Of a stretch of 64,000 nucleotides of DNA, positions 52,506-64,000 are shown piece by piece; the first letter of the stretch is position 1, and every line of letters begins with the position of its first letter. This stretch comes from Octopus sinensis (taxonomy: Eukaryota): assembly GCF_006345805.1 (NCBI RefSeq), contig NC_042997.1, positions 1,302,001-1,366,000 of the forward strand, written 5' to 3'. Both the position numbers and the translations under genes were made by a program. The notes under the pieces are model-generated. The model was not told the origin of the DNA. It did no database searches and saw only the letters and a list, made by a program, of their open reading frames with translations.

Positions 52506-53899
52506 TGTGTGTGTGTATATGCGTGAGTGTGTGTGTGTATTACTATCTATGTACATATTGTAGTGTGTGTGTCTATCTAGTAGTAATAGACAGGTTTAAA
52601 TATTTTCTTTTAAATAGCTTTATTTTTTTATTTAATGGATGTAGTGGGTTTTCTCCGATAAGTAGATTTGGATGTTTGACAAAAAAGACAATGACAAAAG
52701 ATAGAATTATGAAGTACTGCAACTCTATGTAAAAATAATTAGCCAAATATTTCTTGTTGCATTTAAAGAATAAGGTATATTGACATATGGAGGAAGTGTT
52801 GATGTGAGACATTTTCACTAAATGGCTTCGTGTGACTGATACACTAGCTTTTTTTAATTTCGAGCACTAGAAAGCATTTCAGCAGTTAATAATACGTATA
52901 ATAGAGAAATCGCGGAAACATGGCGTCTGTTAATCAATGGTAAGCGTTTGATGCAAACAAAAGCCATTTCCTGATGCAGTGAACAACAATTAGGCGTGTA
53001 GCAGGATCATCGCCCTTCACCTGTGAATAAATTAATGCTCCTGTGTATCTGAAATTTGGAGAAAACGTTCAATTAATCTCCTCTGGCTTTAAATAAATAA
53101 CCTTGTTTTCTCAAGGGTATATTTGAAATCCTAAATAAAATATGGTTTATAGTAAAATCTAGAGTTGCACTTTATTTTACGGAGGGATCAGTGGAGCGAT
53201 TTCTTTCACGTCATTATAACGATTCTCTCGTACTACACTCTACATTTTAACTCTGAAGTCGGTGAAGCATTTAAAAATTGGCTGTCATAGTCAAAACTGT
53301 GCGTGAATGTACATTTTATATAGATTCGTTATTAACTTATGCATGCACTTTGTTAAGATATTTCGGTTACAACAAATTTGCTTTAATTGCCAAAATCTCC
53401 ATATAAGTATATAGTCAACATTTTTCCGACTAAAATGTATAACAGGGCCCACAAACTTTGGAGGAACACTGAAACTGAGTTGTGATGTTAAACACTGATA
53501 ATTCGGTTGATGTAATTCAATAAATACCTAATTCTTGTCATAAGAGGATTTGGAGGTAGCTTAATAATGAAATGAGAGATCGGATATCACTCTCAGGGGG
53601 ACAATTTGAGATTTTGTTTAGAAGACACGATTCGTGTCGGATCTAAATTTGTGACAGCGTATGACGGAGCAGAACCGATATGATACGTTATCTATTCTTC
53701 CTGCAAAACAGAGTTCGTTATTACAGAATGACGGTACCAACGAAAATGATACATAATTAGTTCAGATTGTTTTATTGTAACAGAATGATTCTATGTTCGA
53801 TTCTACAGTGTGAAACACGAAAATAATTTCTGCTATATAATCACGATTTTTTCAACTCTGTGAGGGAAATATCAAGTATGAAACCTGTGCAAAAGAACA

Positions 53900-55300
53900 A
53901 GTGGTTGTAAGTTGAACCAAAGTCACCACGATATTTAGTTCTTATTGCGCATCTTCTCCGTCATTTCCAAAACTCAGGGAACAAAATAAAATATACTGCG
54001 GGAACAATTATCACCATACGCGATAGCGTGTCCGCAGCCAGAGCATCTCTAGATTCCAACTGTCTACTAACATAGAAAACTTCTTAGGCATAATTAATAT
54101 TAGGGGAGATACGCAGAAGCTTTCTCGGTTTTGCACTTGAAACACTGTTATTGCAGCGCAGGACGCGCTCATATGTGCATCGCTAAACAGTAACTAGGGT
54201 ACCTCACAGTTGTGAAGCGACACAAAGAAACAGCCCCCTTAGCAAGGAAACACCTGCTAAAAACCCAAACAACATTCATGCAAGAAAACATGTATTTCCA
54301 TATTTGAGATCTGTATTGTCGACTACCAATCATTCTAACTCGGACCTTTCGCTGAGACGAAAGCTAGAGATTTTGGATCATGCATGTGGAAAATAGAGAG
54401 GTGTTACTATTTCCATACACGGCTCCCATATCATCATGTTTTCCAATAGCTACTGCAAATAATAGTCCGTATTCATAGCTAATAGCTGCTCAATAATTGG
54501 TCTCTACAACACTCCTCAAGTATATTTGTACTACTTCCATGAGTGATTACAGAAATTCACAGTTTTCCCTCTAAGAATGCAACTCTAGCAATATAGCAAT
54601 GGGCAAATTCAGCCTTCCTCATGCAGAGTGGGCATTGATTATTCTCAAACCAAGCGTATGTATCTCAACCTCGAACAAAGCAGCAGTAGGGACATATTTA
54701 ATAGTGTGAATGGTACGTACCTGCAGGAAATGCCCTGCTTTTGCTAATGAAACAAAAAATGCCTTGTGCCCAGTGACACGTTACAATGTTAGCACTATTC
54801 ATAATATTACAGTCCAGACCTCTTTAATCTCGCTAATATATTGAGACATATAACCTCATTTGTAAACATCTGAAGATTAGATCAAACCGCTGATTCCAGC
54901 GTACTCACTTCACAACATGGCGTTGCATAAAGCGAACTTAAGTGCAATCGCACATAACCTTTCGCTTATGGACTTTTTTTCACTCACAATCCTTCCGAAA
55001 GAAAATTCACTTGACATCCATTTTAAAGACACTGTCCCATATGTGCTAGCCACTCTCTAGTATGCCCTACCAAAAAATAAAAAAAAAGAGATATAGATCA
55101 GAAAGTGAGGGAAAATACACATCGGAAAATTAGAGAACCATCACAACTATAAACCAGCATTCCATCTCATGGGTAACTAATATTCTATATGAACTGACGA
55201 GAGGAGAAATAATTGAAAATATTAGAGTCGCAGTTCAAAAGTTTTCTATTCCTTTGCAAAAACGCAAAGGACTATATTTTATCCTTCGATCCAATGATCA
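53900..55300 (+). mobile_element. Very decayed LINE relic
   Basis: Faint, ordered remnants TIFSSYC, IGGD (APE-like) and VP...LALFII (RT-like). Confidence 0.25.
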
Positions 55301-56329
55301 ATGGGCAGAAAACCCTTCAAACAATGCAAAAGATGTGAAAGAGATTCTGTGTAGCCAATGTTTATTGCCTTCATTATGTCTGTCGCAACATTGATGAAGT
55401 AAATCCTCCTCATATACTATTTGATATACCTTTCTGTACTATGAACATCACTGTGACAATTAATAATATCAAAACCAATTCGCGCTGACAGATTACTGGC
55501 TAAAGTTCTGAAGTGTGGCCGACTATATTTGTATATACTTTTGCTATTTTCTGGAGAATATCGCTGGACTTAAGATATATTGATGAACATTTTCGGTTCT
55601 GTCTGTCATTCACTTTTTTTATCTGACGGTCGTCCAATGTTCAGGATGGTTGACCATCTTAAGATGTCAGTTATCCTTCTGTTTTCACACTGAGCTGAAT
55701 GTTTAATAGTATCGTTTGTCTTTTATCTTTCCTGCGTGCCCGGGCTTACTAATATACAAAATTTCATTAGTCAATCCTAGGGTGTAATTATATTGCGGTT
55801 TAAGTTAGGTCTGCGAATTCCGGTGAAAGTCTGTTGCCTCAAACCTTTAATTATATTCCTGTTGTTGTTTATAGATGCTTTAGCAGAGATAAATAAACTT
55901 TGCATTTTCATTCTATTTTGATGATATATAATCTTAAGTTTTGGTTTGTGTTTCACAAAATATATTTCATTATTTAATAGGGATTGAAGTGAGTAGTTAC
56001 CTATGCATTAATACATAGGGAAAATTTTGTATTTGGTGTTTTTTTTTAAATTTTATTTATTTACTTTTTTTGGTGAGCAAAAATTTAGATATTTATTCTT
56101 AAGCCGATGTCTAGTCCTGAAACCATAAAACTATTGGCGGTGAATGGCCATTCTGTTCCTCAAAGAAAGACTGGTTAGTTCTATGCAACATTCACCACAC
56201 TCTATATAAGAAGAGTATGTTAAGTCTAAATCTCACGACTTCATAACTCATTTTCATGAACAGCTATGAATTAATGAATAAAAGTTGTTGTTGAGAAAAT
56301 GTTGGCTGGCATTAATGCCATTAAACCGA

Positions 56330-56860
56330 ATATTATTACACAAATACTTATATAATGATGACTCGTGCTGTGTTTCAAAATAATGGCATTGTGACTACTG
56401 ATTAATACACTGTGAATAAGTCAAAAGTAGTGAAACGACACAGACAGCAGCAAAGAAGACTACAAAATAGTTGCGAGCAGGAAGTCAATTGCGTCCGCAT
56501 GACAATATATCCATAATAACAAAATTGCAGGGCCTGAGGGCCGATTTATGTGACTATGTGAAGGTCTTGGTTGCTGTTAGGAGGCTACATATGTGTCATC
56601 AGGACTGGATATCTTACACGAAATCTAAAAAGGTTTTACCATCCCCAAGTTTTTGGCTCCTAATCCTCCATTTGTTTTCCTATGTGTGGTTTTCATAATG
56701 ATATCAACCGCTCTGCCTGGAACATCAAAGCCGATCTGGTGGCCACAATCAAGATGCTCAAAGATGTCCCCCGGTGCGGGAACAGTCTTGAGACGGCGAG
56801 GAAACTGTTTTTTCCTACCTATAAACTTGTTGATAATTTTGTGTATGTATGTATATATGT
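56330..56860 (+). mobile_element. Tc1/mariner (maT/DD37D-like) transposase fragment
   Basis: QGLR, HQD (QQD-like), PKFLAPNPP (FWPPxSP-like), INRSAWNIKADLVATIK and a final ..LET. Confidence 0.55.
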
Positions 56861-58055
56861 ATTCATACTGACAAAATGGAATAAGAAGGGGAGACACGGA
56901 GGATAAAGAGTCATTGAAAAGGTCACAAGATAAATGACGAAAGAGCTTTCACAATGAAACTAGAATAACAATAAAGGTGGAATCGAGACCAAGTATATAC
57001 CACATTTGTTTAATTGGAAAAATATAACCATCTCCCAGTATAAGAATATCTGCTTTAATATACGATTTCACGTTAAGAAACTTGCAAGTCGAACACGTAC
57101 ACGCATATATATATATATATATTATATTATTATCTTTATAATTTACTTCCATCTTTACTTTTTAATTGTCACTTTAATTTTAACTTTCCTATGATATACA
57201 ATTTTCAAGATGGTGTAATTTGGTTGTTCATTTTGAACCGATAAAAGGTTTTTTTCAAATATTTTATGTATAAGTCTGTGTGTGTATATATATGTAGTGG
57301 TATAAATATCAACACACAAAAATATATTTTTCTCTTCTCCATTTCCTCCCTTATTTTTATTTATTTTTAATTTTTTTAAATTTAAATTTAAATTTTTATT
57401 TTTATTTTCTCTTTTCTCTTTTTGTCTCTCTCCCCTTCTCCAAACACACAGAGACACACACGCACACAAACACACACGGACACACAGACACACACACACA
57501 CACACCTCCACAAAACGATAATACAAAGTATGACCCCAAATGACATTTGTCCATCCCCCAAATCACAAAAGGTGTAATTTCTGGCCAGCCTACCAACACA
57601 CTCAGTGACACCAGAATGGACAGAGAGTTAAAATTCTTAGAACTCCCCAGGGGGTCCAACAGGCCAAAGGAAATCCTTCTTCTTCTTCCCTCTCCCCTCC
57701 CCCTTTCCCCCTTTCTCTCTTTAGCCTCAGATACAAACGCGCGAACACACACACACATACACATACACACATGTTCTCTCTCTCACTTCCTCCTCATCTA
57801 CATCACCCTCTTATACTATCTTGTTCCTCCTCACTACTACGAAACTCTATAAAATGACCAAATTCCCCACAAAAGAATTGATTTGATTTGAAAACCCCAC
57901 TGGAATGGGAGAAAGCGCTAATAATCTGAATGATATGATATATATATATGTAAAAAATGTAATATATAAATAAATATCTATAAACATGAACCATCCGATC
58001 TTCTGATTACCTCATTTCTTATAATATATAATACCTGTACATCATCTCCAAACCT

Positions 58056-58091
<36 letters not shown>

Positions 58092-58165
58092 AATATTAAA
58101 TTTCTAAATATCTCATAGAGATATGTACGGTGGTGGGGCGACAGAGTGGTTGTATACTGTCAACT

Positions 58166-58348
58166 TAACGTGACAGTAGGGTATTACTCACCGCTGTTTA
58201 GCCCTAGGAAGCATCGGCACTTCCTGTCGACTTCGACATAATAATAAAGGTGGAAATTTATAAGGACACAGGAATTGTGTCGAAGCCGACAGGAAGCGTC
58301 GATGCTTCCTAGGGCTAAACAGCAGTGGGTAATCCCCTACTGTCACGT

Positions 58349-58350
<2 letters not shown>
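58166..58350. mobile_element. MITE / foldback element with ~77-bp arms
   Basis: 58166-58242 is inverted to 58274-58350, with a 31-bp spacer. Outer TA dinucleotides could be the TSD. Confidence 0.8.
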
Positions 58351-58406
<56 letters not shown>

Positions 58407-58987
58407 CACGTTTATAAAGTTGTAGTCATAGTGCAACGTTTGCATGTGCGGACACGCACATGTCCACGCAAACAAATGCACCCGTATTTGATTTCAATAT
58501 TATGTTATTGTATATATGTCTGTGTGTATGTACGTGCGTGCGTGTGTGTGTGATGACATGATGTATGCATAGTATATATGAATATTCATATAATCCAAAC
58601 GATTATTTTCACTTATTGCCATTTCATTTTCTACTCAAATTTAATTCATAATCCACAGGTTTATTCCTCTTTATGCACACACGTCTTATCATTCACAATT
58701 TTCTGGACAATTTACTTAGTTTTACGACCCGCCTTGCGAGATTTGAAGCATATATGTCTTAACATAGAGTCTGAAACTAAGTTTTAACTCGTGGTTTCAA
58801 TTCTCATTTCCAGTTGGCTAATTTGAATTCGTGATTAGTTATATATTATTTATTACACATATCACGCTATATATAAAAATACATAAGCACATAGCACACA
58901 GAAACACTCACACACAAACACACGCACGCTCATACATACACGCACACACACACATACATATATTATATAAAGTATATAATAGATATA

Positions 58988-59029
<42 letters not shown>

Positions 59030-59209
59030 CTTATATCTATTATACATTTTTTATATATTGTATGAAATATATAATAGAAATAAGTTATATACATAAACAT
59101 ATAGTACATACACACACGCACGCACGCACATACACACACACATACATATATTATATAAAATATATAGTAGATATAATATATATAGATATGTATATATATA
59201 TGTATATAA

Positions 59210-59261
<52 letters not shown>

Positions 59262-59374
59262 AAGGGTGTAAAGGAACTTATGTATTATATATATATATAT
59301 ATATATATATAAATTATATCTAATATATGATTTTTTATATATTATATAAAATATATAATAGAAATAATTTATAT

Positions 59375-59417
<43 letters not shown>

Positions 59418-59443
59418 TGTATGTATGTATGTATGTATGTATG

Positions 59444-59477
<34 letters not shown>

Positions 59478-60519
59478 TGTATGTATGTATGTATGTATGT
59501 ATGAACGTATGTGCGCATTGAATTAATATTCTATGAACAGAAAAATTAAGTTCTGATAGTGTAAACATTGTTGTAGCACAGTAATTGAAACGATTTGTTT
59601 CTTGACCCATAAGAGTTACCTTTAGAAATTTGTTGTACGATGTGCACCAAGCGTCACAGTAATATTTGGCACAAAATTATCAAATAATAGATTATATCTG
59701 ATAATAGTTTTCCTCTTACTTCAGTGATGGCAAAATGACTACTTCTTGAGAATAAATCAGCTAGAATTTATTGATTTGGCTAGCTTCATTCAACACCAGG
59801 CAATACAGAAATGCAGAGGAATGAAGAATAAATATTGGACGAAATTGGGGTACGTCCATTGAATTTCATATCAGAATACCATATAAGACAAAATTATCCA
59901 TGAAAGAAAATCATTGGTAAATTTTGGCAAACATAGCCATCCAAACATTATGGGAAATTCTCTGCCTACCAAATATAATTCAATATTTTGCAAATTGGCT
60001 TTCTTATTTGTTAGAAAATCTGTGTGACGTTGTTTTATTATGAATACTGGCTTCTTTTATACTGTGTTTAACATTTATTTGTACTATTTTCTTCGGTGTT
60101 ATGTTGTGCTCTTGAATATTTATATCATATTAATAGGCATTTTTTTTCTGCTAAAAGTTACTGAATTTCGCTTATCGGCTAAACTGGTTTTGACGTCATA
60201 TACCAACAAGAGATATAAATAAGTCTGGATTAGTATATTTATGGTTTAATGTTTGCATGTCATATACATTTCATAATAATTGAAACTAAATAGGTATAAG
60301 ATAAACAATTATAAAAAGCAAGAGTTATTGGTGATTTCACGAACCCAATAATGAGCATATATCGCAATATTGAACCTGTATTTATTGATAACACACACAC
60401 ACACAAACACACACACACGCACACACACACACATACACACACACACACAAACAAACACACACATGTTTGGATATATTTGGTGTTCGTCTGTTATGTTGAT
60501 TTTTTTTTCCAATTTATGA

Positions 60520-61078
60520 AATCCAGTCGAAACTGCCTCGTTTGTTATAGGGAAGCCAGCAAAGATAGCTACTGATTCGTTCACTTGTTCCTGGGTTGGT
60601 TATGTATGAGCAAGCCATCCTTCTGGAAGAGAGGTCCTGTTTTACATCGTACGGAAGCTGTTTATTTGGCATAAGAAAAGAAGTTTTTCGGATTTGACCT
60701 GATGACTTTTATAACCCAGTCTTTTTTCACTGCTCTCAAATTAAGATAGGATTGTAGCAGATTATTTTCAATCTCCTTAAGTGCTGTTTTTAGGCGGAAC
60801 TTTCCACTACTTATGAGTAGTTGGTTGAAGTGATTTGCAACCTTCGTTCGCCGTCTAATGAGGATCTTCCTCTCCTTTGCAATCCTGTTCCTTTTTCTGC
60901 TGGCCTTGGGCTCTGGGACATCTTTCAGTCATATGGTTTGCATAAGAGGCATGAAATATTCCAGTTTCTCGTCAGTGTCAGGTGTAAAGAGACATTTCGG
61001 GCAATCCTGTCTGGGGAGCAGTTTTTGGGTATAGATTTCCAATCAGATTTATGGAAGTTCAGATTGGAGAGAAGTCCA
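60520..61078 (-). mobile_element. CR1-group LINE fragment (APE-RT linker)
   Basis: LNFHKSDW, KERKILIRRR and VIRSNPKNFFSYAK on the minus strand. Confidence 0.7.
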
Positions 61079-61126
61079 ATTATATATATATAATAGATAG
61101 ATAGATAGACAGATAGATAGATATAT

Positions 61127-61194
<68 letters not shown>

Positions 61195-61204
61195 TATATA
61201 TACG

Positions 61205-61310
61205 ACGGAGAATATAATAGCAGACACTGGCCCAAGGTGTCACGCAGTGGGATTGAACCCGGAACCATTTGGTTGGGAAACAATATTCTTACCACACAGC
61301 CATTCCTGTG

Positions 61311-61313
<3 letters not shown>
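61205..61313 (-). mobile_element. tRNA-derived SINE head
   Basis: Minus strand aggcacaggaa-TGGCTGTGTGG-taag...GGTTCAATCCC-actgcgtgacaccttggg. Confidence 0.85.
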
Positions 61314-61351
<38 letters not shown>

Positions 61352-61443
61352 ATATTTACATCTAATATAGTATAAATTTGTTTGAAAAAATTCTATCAAT
61401 GGTCAGAATATTAAAAAATAACTTTAATGGTTAAATAAGTTGT

Positions 61444-61444
<1 letters not shown>

Positions 61445-61521
<77 letters not shown>

Positions 61522-61770
61522 GTCTATCTATCTATCTATCTATCTATATATCTATCTATCTATCTATCTATCTGTCTGTCTGTCTGTCTGTCAGAGTGTC
61601 TGTATGTGTGTCTGTCTGCCTGCTTGTCTGTCTGTCTGTCTGTCCATCTATCTATCTATAAATATATATATACGCATATACATATATGAAAGCACATACG
61701 TATATATATATATATGTATATATGTGTGTGTATGTGCGTGTGTGTGTGTGTATGTATGTGTGTGCGTTTT
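61445..61770. repeat. (CTAT)n/(CTGT)n/(TA)n/(GT)n microsatellites
   Basis: Seen directly. Confidence 0.95.
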
Positions 61771-63904
61771 TATGTATACATATGGATATATATTCTATGC
61801 ATGAATACTAGCAATTTCGTAAGCATACGTATGTGACTAATTTTCTTACGTTTTCAATTATAATAACCATTTATTTAATTGTTATACAGATGCGTTTGAA
61901 AACATTTAAAATTTTTATATATTTGTTTTCATTTCTAATATAGTTGGTTATTGATATTTGTGATCTATACATTTATATATGAAATAATTTTGTAGTCGAA
62001 AAACAGTATCTTTATACATAGCGAAAAACAGTATCATTATACAAAGCGATCGAAAGTAGTTTCACTTAATAGATTCCATGAAATTAATGTCGCCAAAGAA
62101 TCTTAATTGCGTTTAGTTTTACCAGATCATCTTATTTTTGCAGTAACTTCTCTCCTTTTGTTCGTGTTCTAATGATGCAATTAGATTTTTAATGCTCATT
62201 GGAAATAGTAGTTGTGCTATATCTCAACGTATTGATTACAAATTTATGGTACTATGACGTATAGATGTATTCCAACACCGATATCTTTAAGCACTTTACT
62301 GTCATGAATTTCTTAATGGATACCAGTAAGATACGAAATCAGAGCCAAATGATTACGTGTACCTATTTTTTTTCCCCAAGCATCTCCTTTTATTACATAG
62401 TAGGATCTGATATGGGAGGTATTTTACTCTTATTTAATGTTGCAGAAAAAAACGTTCAGACGTTTTTGTGCTGGCTTATTGCATGGATGTTAGTTGGTGT
62501 CTAGAGACTTCGTGGCGATTATATAAAATGCTGGATTGGCAGCTAGCAGAGTCATAACACCACATTCTCTATACTAGTGTCGTCCTCTTTCCGAGTAGAA
62601 AAATGTTTTCTGTGTCATCTTCGGGAGTCACATAAAGTGACGACCAATAGCAAATGAAATTAACATGCGGATATTAACATCCCTCTCCGTATCTATTTAA
62701 TAAAAAGTTTCTAGCAGGAGACTTCAAGTAATTCTCAATAAAGCATATAGATAGAAACAGCTTTCTCTCTAAATATAGAAATGAATGCACAAACACACGC
62801 ACACGCACGCACACGCACACACACTCACACATACACACACACACGAATACATATAAACATACATATGCTAGAGGTAAATGCATTTCATACGAAGACAATA
62901 AATTCATAGATATGTTGATTGACACTTTATTGATAGACGTATTTAATGGCATTCCAATTCTTGAAAATGTGCTGCAATCTAGATGAATGTCTATCGATAA
63001 CCTTTGTAACCGCAATATTTGCAAATTGGTCACCCATCAATATTCAATTGAACATCCTATGTAGATTATTCAAAGATATATCTAGATACCGAACAGCTCA
63101 AGTGCACCATTATTTACAGTCACTTATTTAACCTCCTTTAGCTATGTAACTGTCGGAAGAAGATTGCACTGAATATTACTTAAGCTGTAGTGTGAAAGAT
63201 TCCTGTTACATTTCTTCTGAAATAGCTAATTAATTGGAGCCCCCTTGGTAGGTAATATTTCATTCTTAAGGATAAATTATATATTACCTGCAAAAGGGAC
63301 TTCAATTAAATAGCTATTTCAGAAGAAATATAATAGGAATCATTGAATTTTTTTTTATCTGTGTACCTTCGCTGAAGCAAATAGGCAGGTGCTTTTCATA
63401 CCATCTGATTGGCACGTTTCAATATTTTGTTGTTGTATTGATGGTCAAACCGATTTTGACTACAGCCTTATTGACAGATGTTAACAAATTATGTGTATCC
63501 TGAAGTTCATAAATTCTAAGGGAAAATCCAACAAATGTGTACGATCAGTATTTACGATCTGATGACCCGGTTTGTTTTTGTTTTTGTTTTTGTGTAATGG
63601 TGAAGCACTTGACAGGGATTGAGTTAAGATATTGCCTAAATATCTTATCTTCTACGATCATAAAAAGAAAAGAAGATATGATCACTTCCCTGTCAATCTC
63701 TCTCTGTTTTTCTCCAACCGTCTCTCTCCCATCCTGTTTCTCTCCCTTTCTCCCTCTTTCTGAATTATTCCTACAATTGTCGGAAGGTTTTGTTGGATTG
63801 TACGTAGAAAGACTTAAGGATTTCCTTGTATGATAGTCTATGCTGTGCCTATCACATTTGTGTTACAATAGTCCTGCAATGTATGTAACTTGACCTTCCA
63901 GGTG

Positions 63905-64000
63905 AAGCCAACTATCAAATGCTTTGTAAAAATCAACAAAAACGACCAATGCCGTTTACTTGGAGATTCTAAGCTCTTCTATAATTCTTCTAAGAAGAAT
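63905..64000 (-). mobile_element. RTE-like reverse transcriptase fragment (continues beyond window)
   Basis: LRRIIEELR...VFVDFYKAFDS on the minus strand. Confidence 0.75.

Overview
An AT-rich, microsatellite-dense animal genomic window. The SINE families and repeat style suggest an octopus or other coleoid cephalopod (inference). I cannot support any intact host gene; at most there are one or two candidate exons. Almost every ORF in the supplied track is translated microsatellite or decayed transposon. The window is a layered set of mobile elements: a Chapaev3 DNA transposon (CACTG TIR, TAA TSD, intron-split transposase) probably nested in an old RLE-type LINE; Penelope-like elements (PLEs); a HERO-like RLE retrotransposon; RTE, CR1-group and Dong/R4-like LINE fragments; three Tc1/mariner relics; two non-autonomous Helitrons; a MITE; and many tRNA-derived SINEs. 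The most interesting signals are at the RNA level. (1) The HERO-like 3' UTR (50537-50648, minus) holds a complete hammerhead ribozyme core whose strands are in a non-circularly permuted, pseudoknotted order, with stem II replaced by a multi-helix junction. (2) Short ORF-less retrozyme-like inserts at about 9.9, 26.3 and 43.3 kb combine a minimal hammerhead or its remnant with an inverted copy that starts near the cleavage site; two also have a partial tandem repeat and one has a tRNA-derived Pol III head. (3) Two unrelated elements share the same non-canonical hammerhead core, CAGUYGA-A. All folds were worked out by eye and none has been tested.
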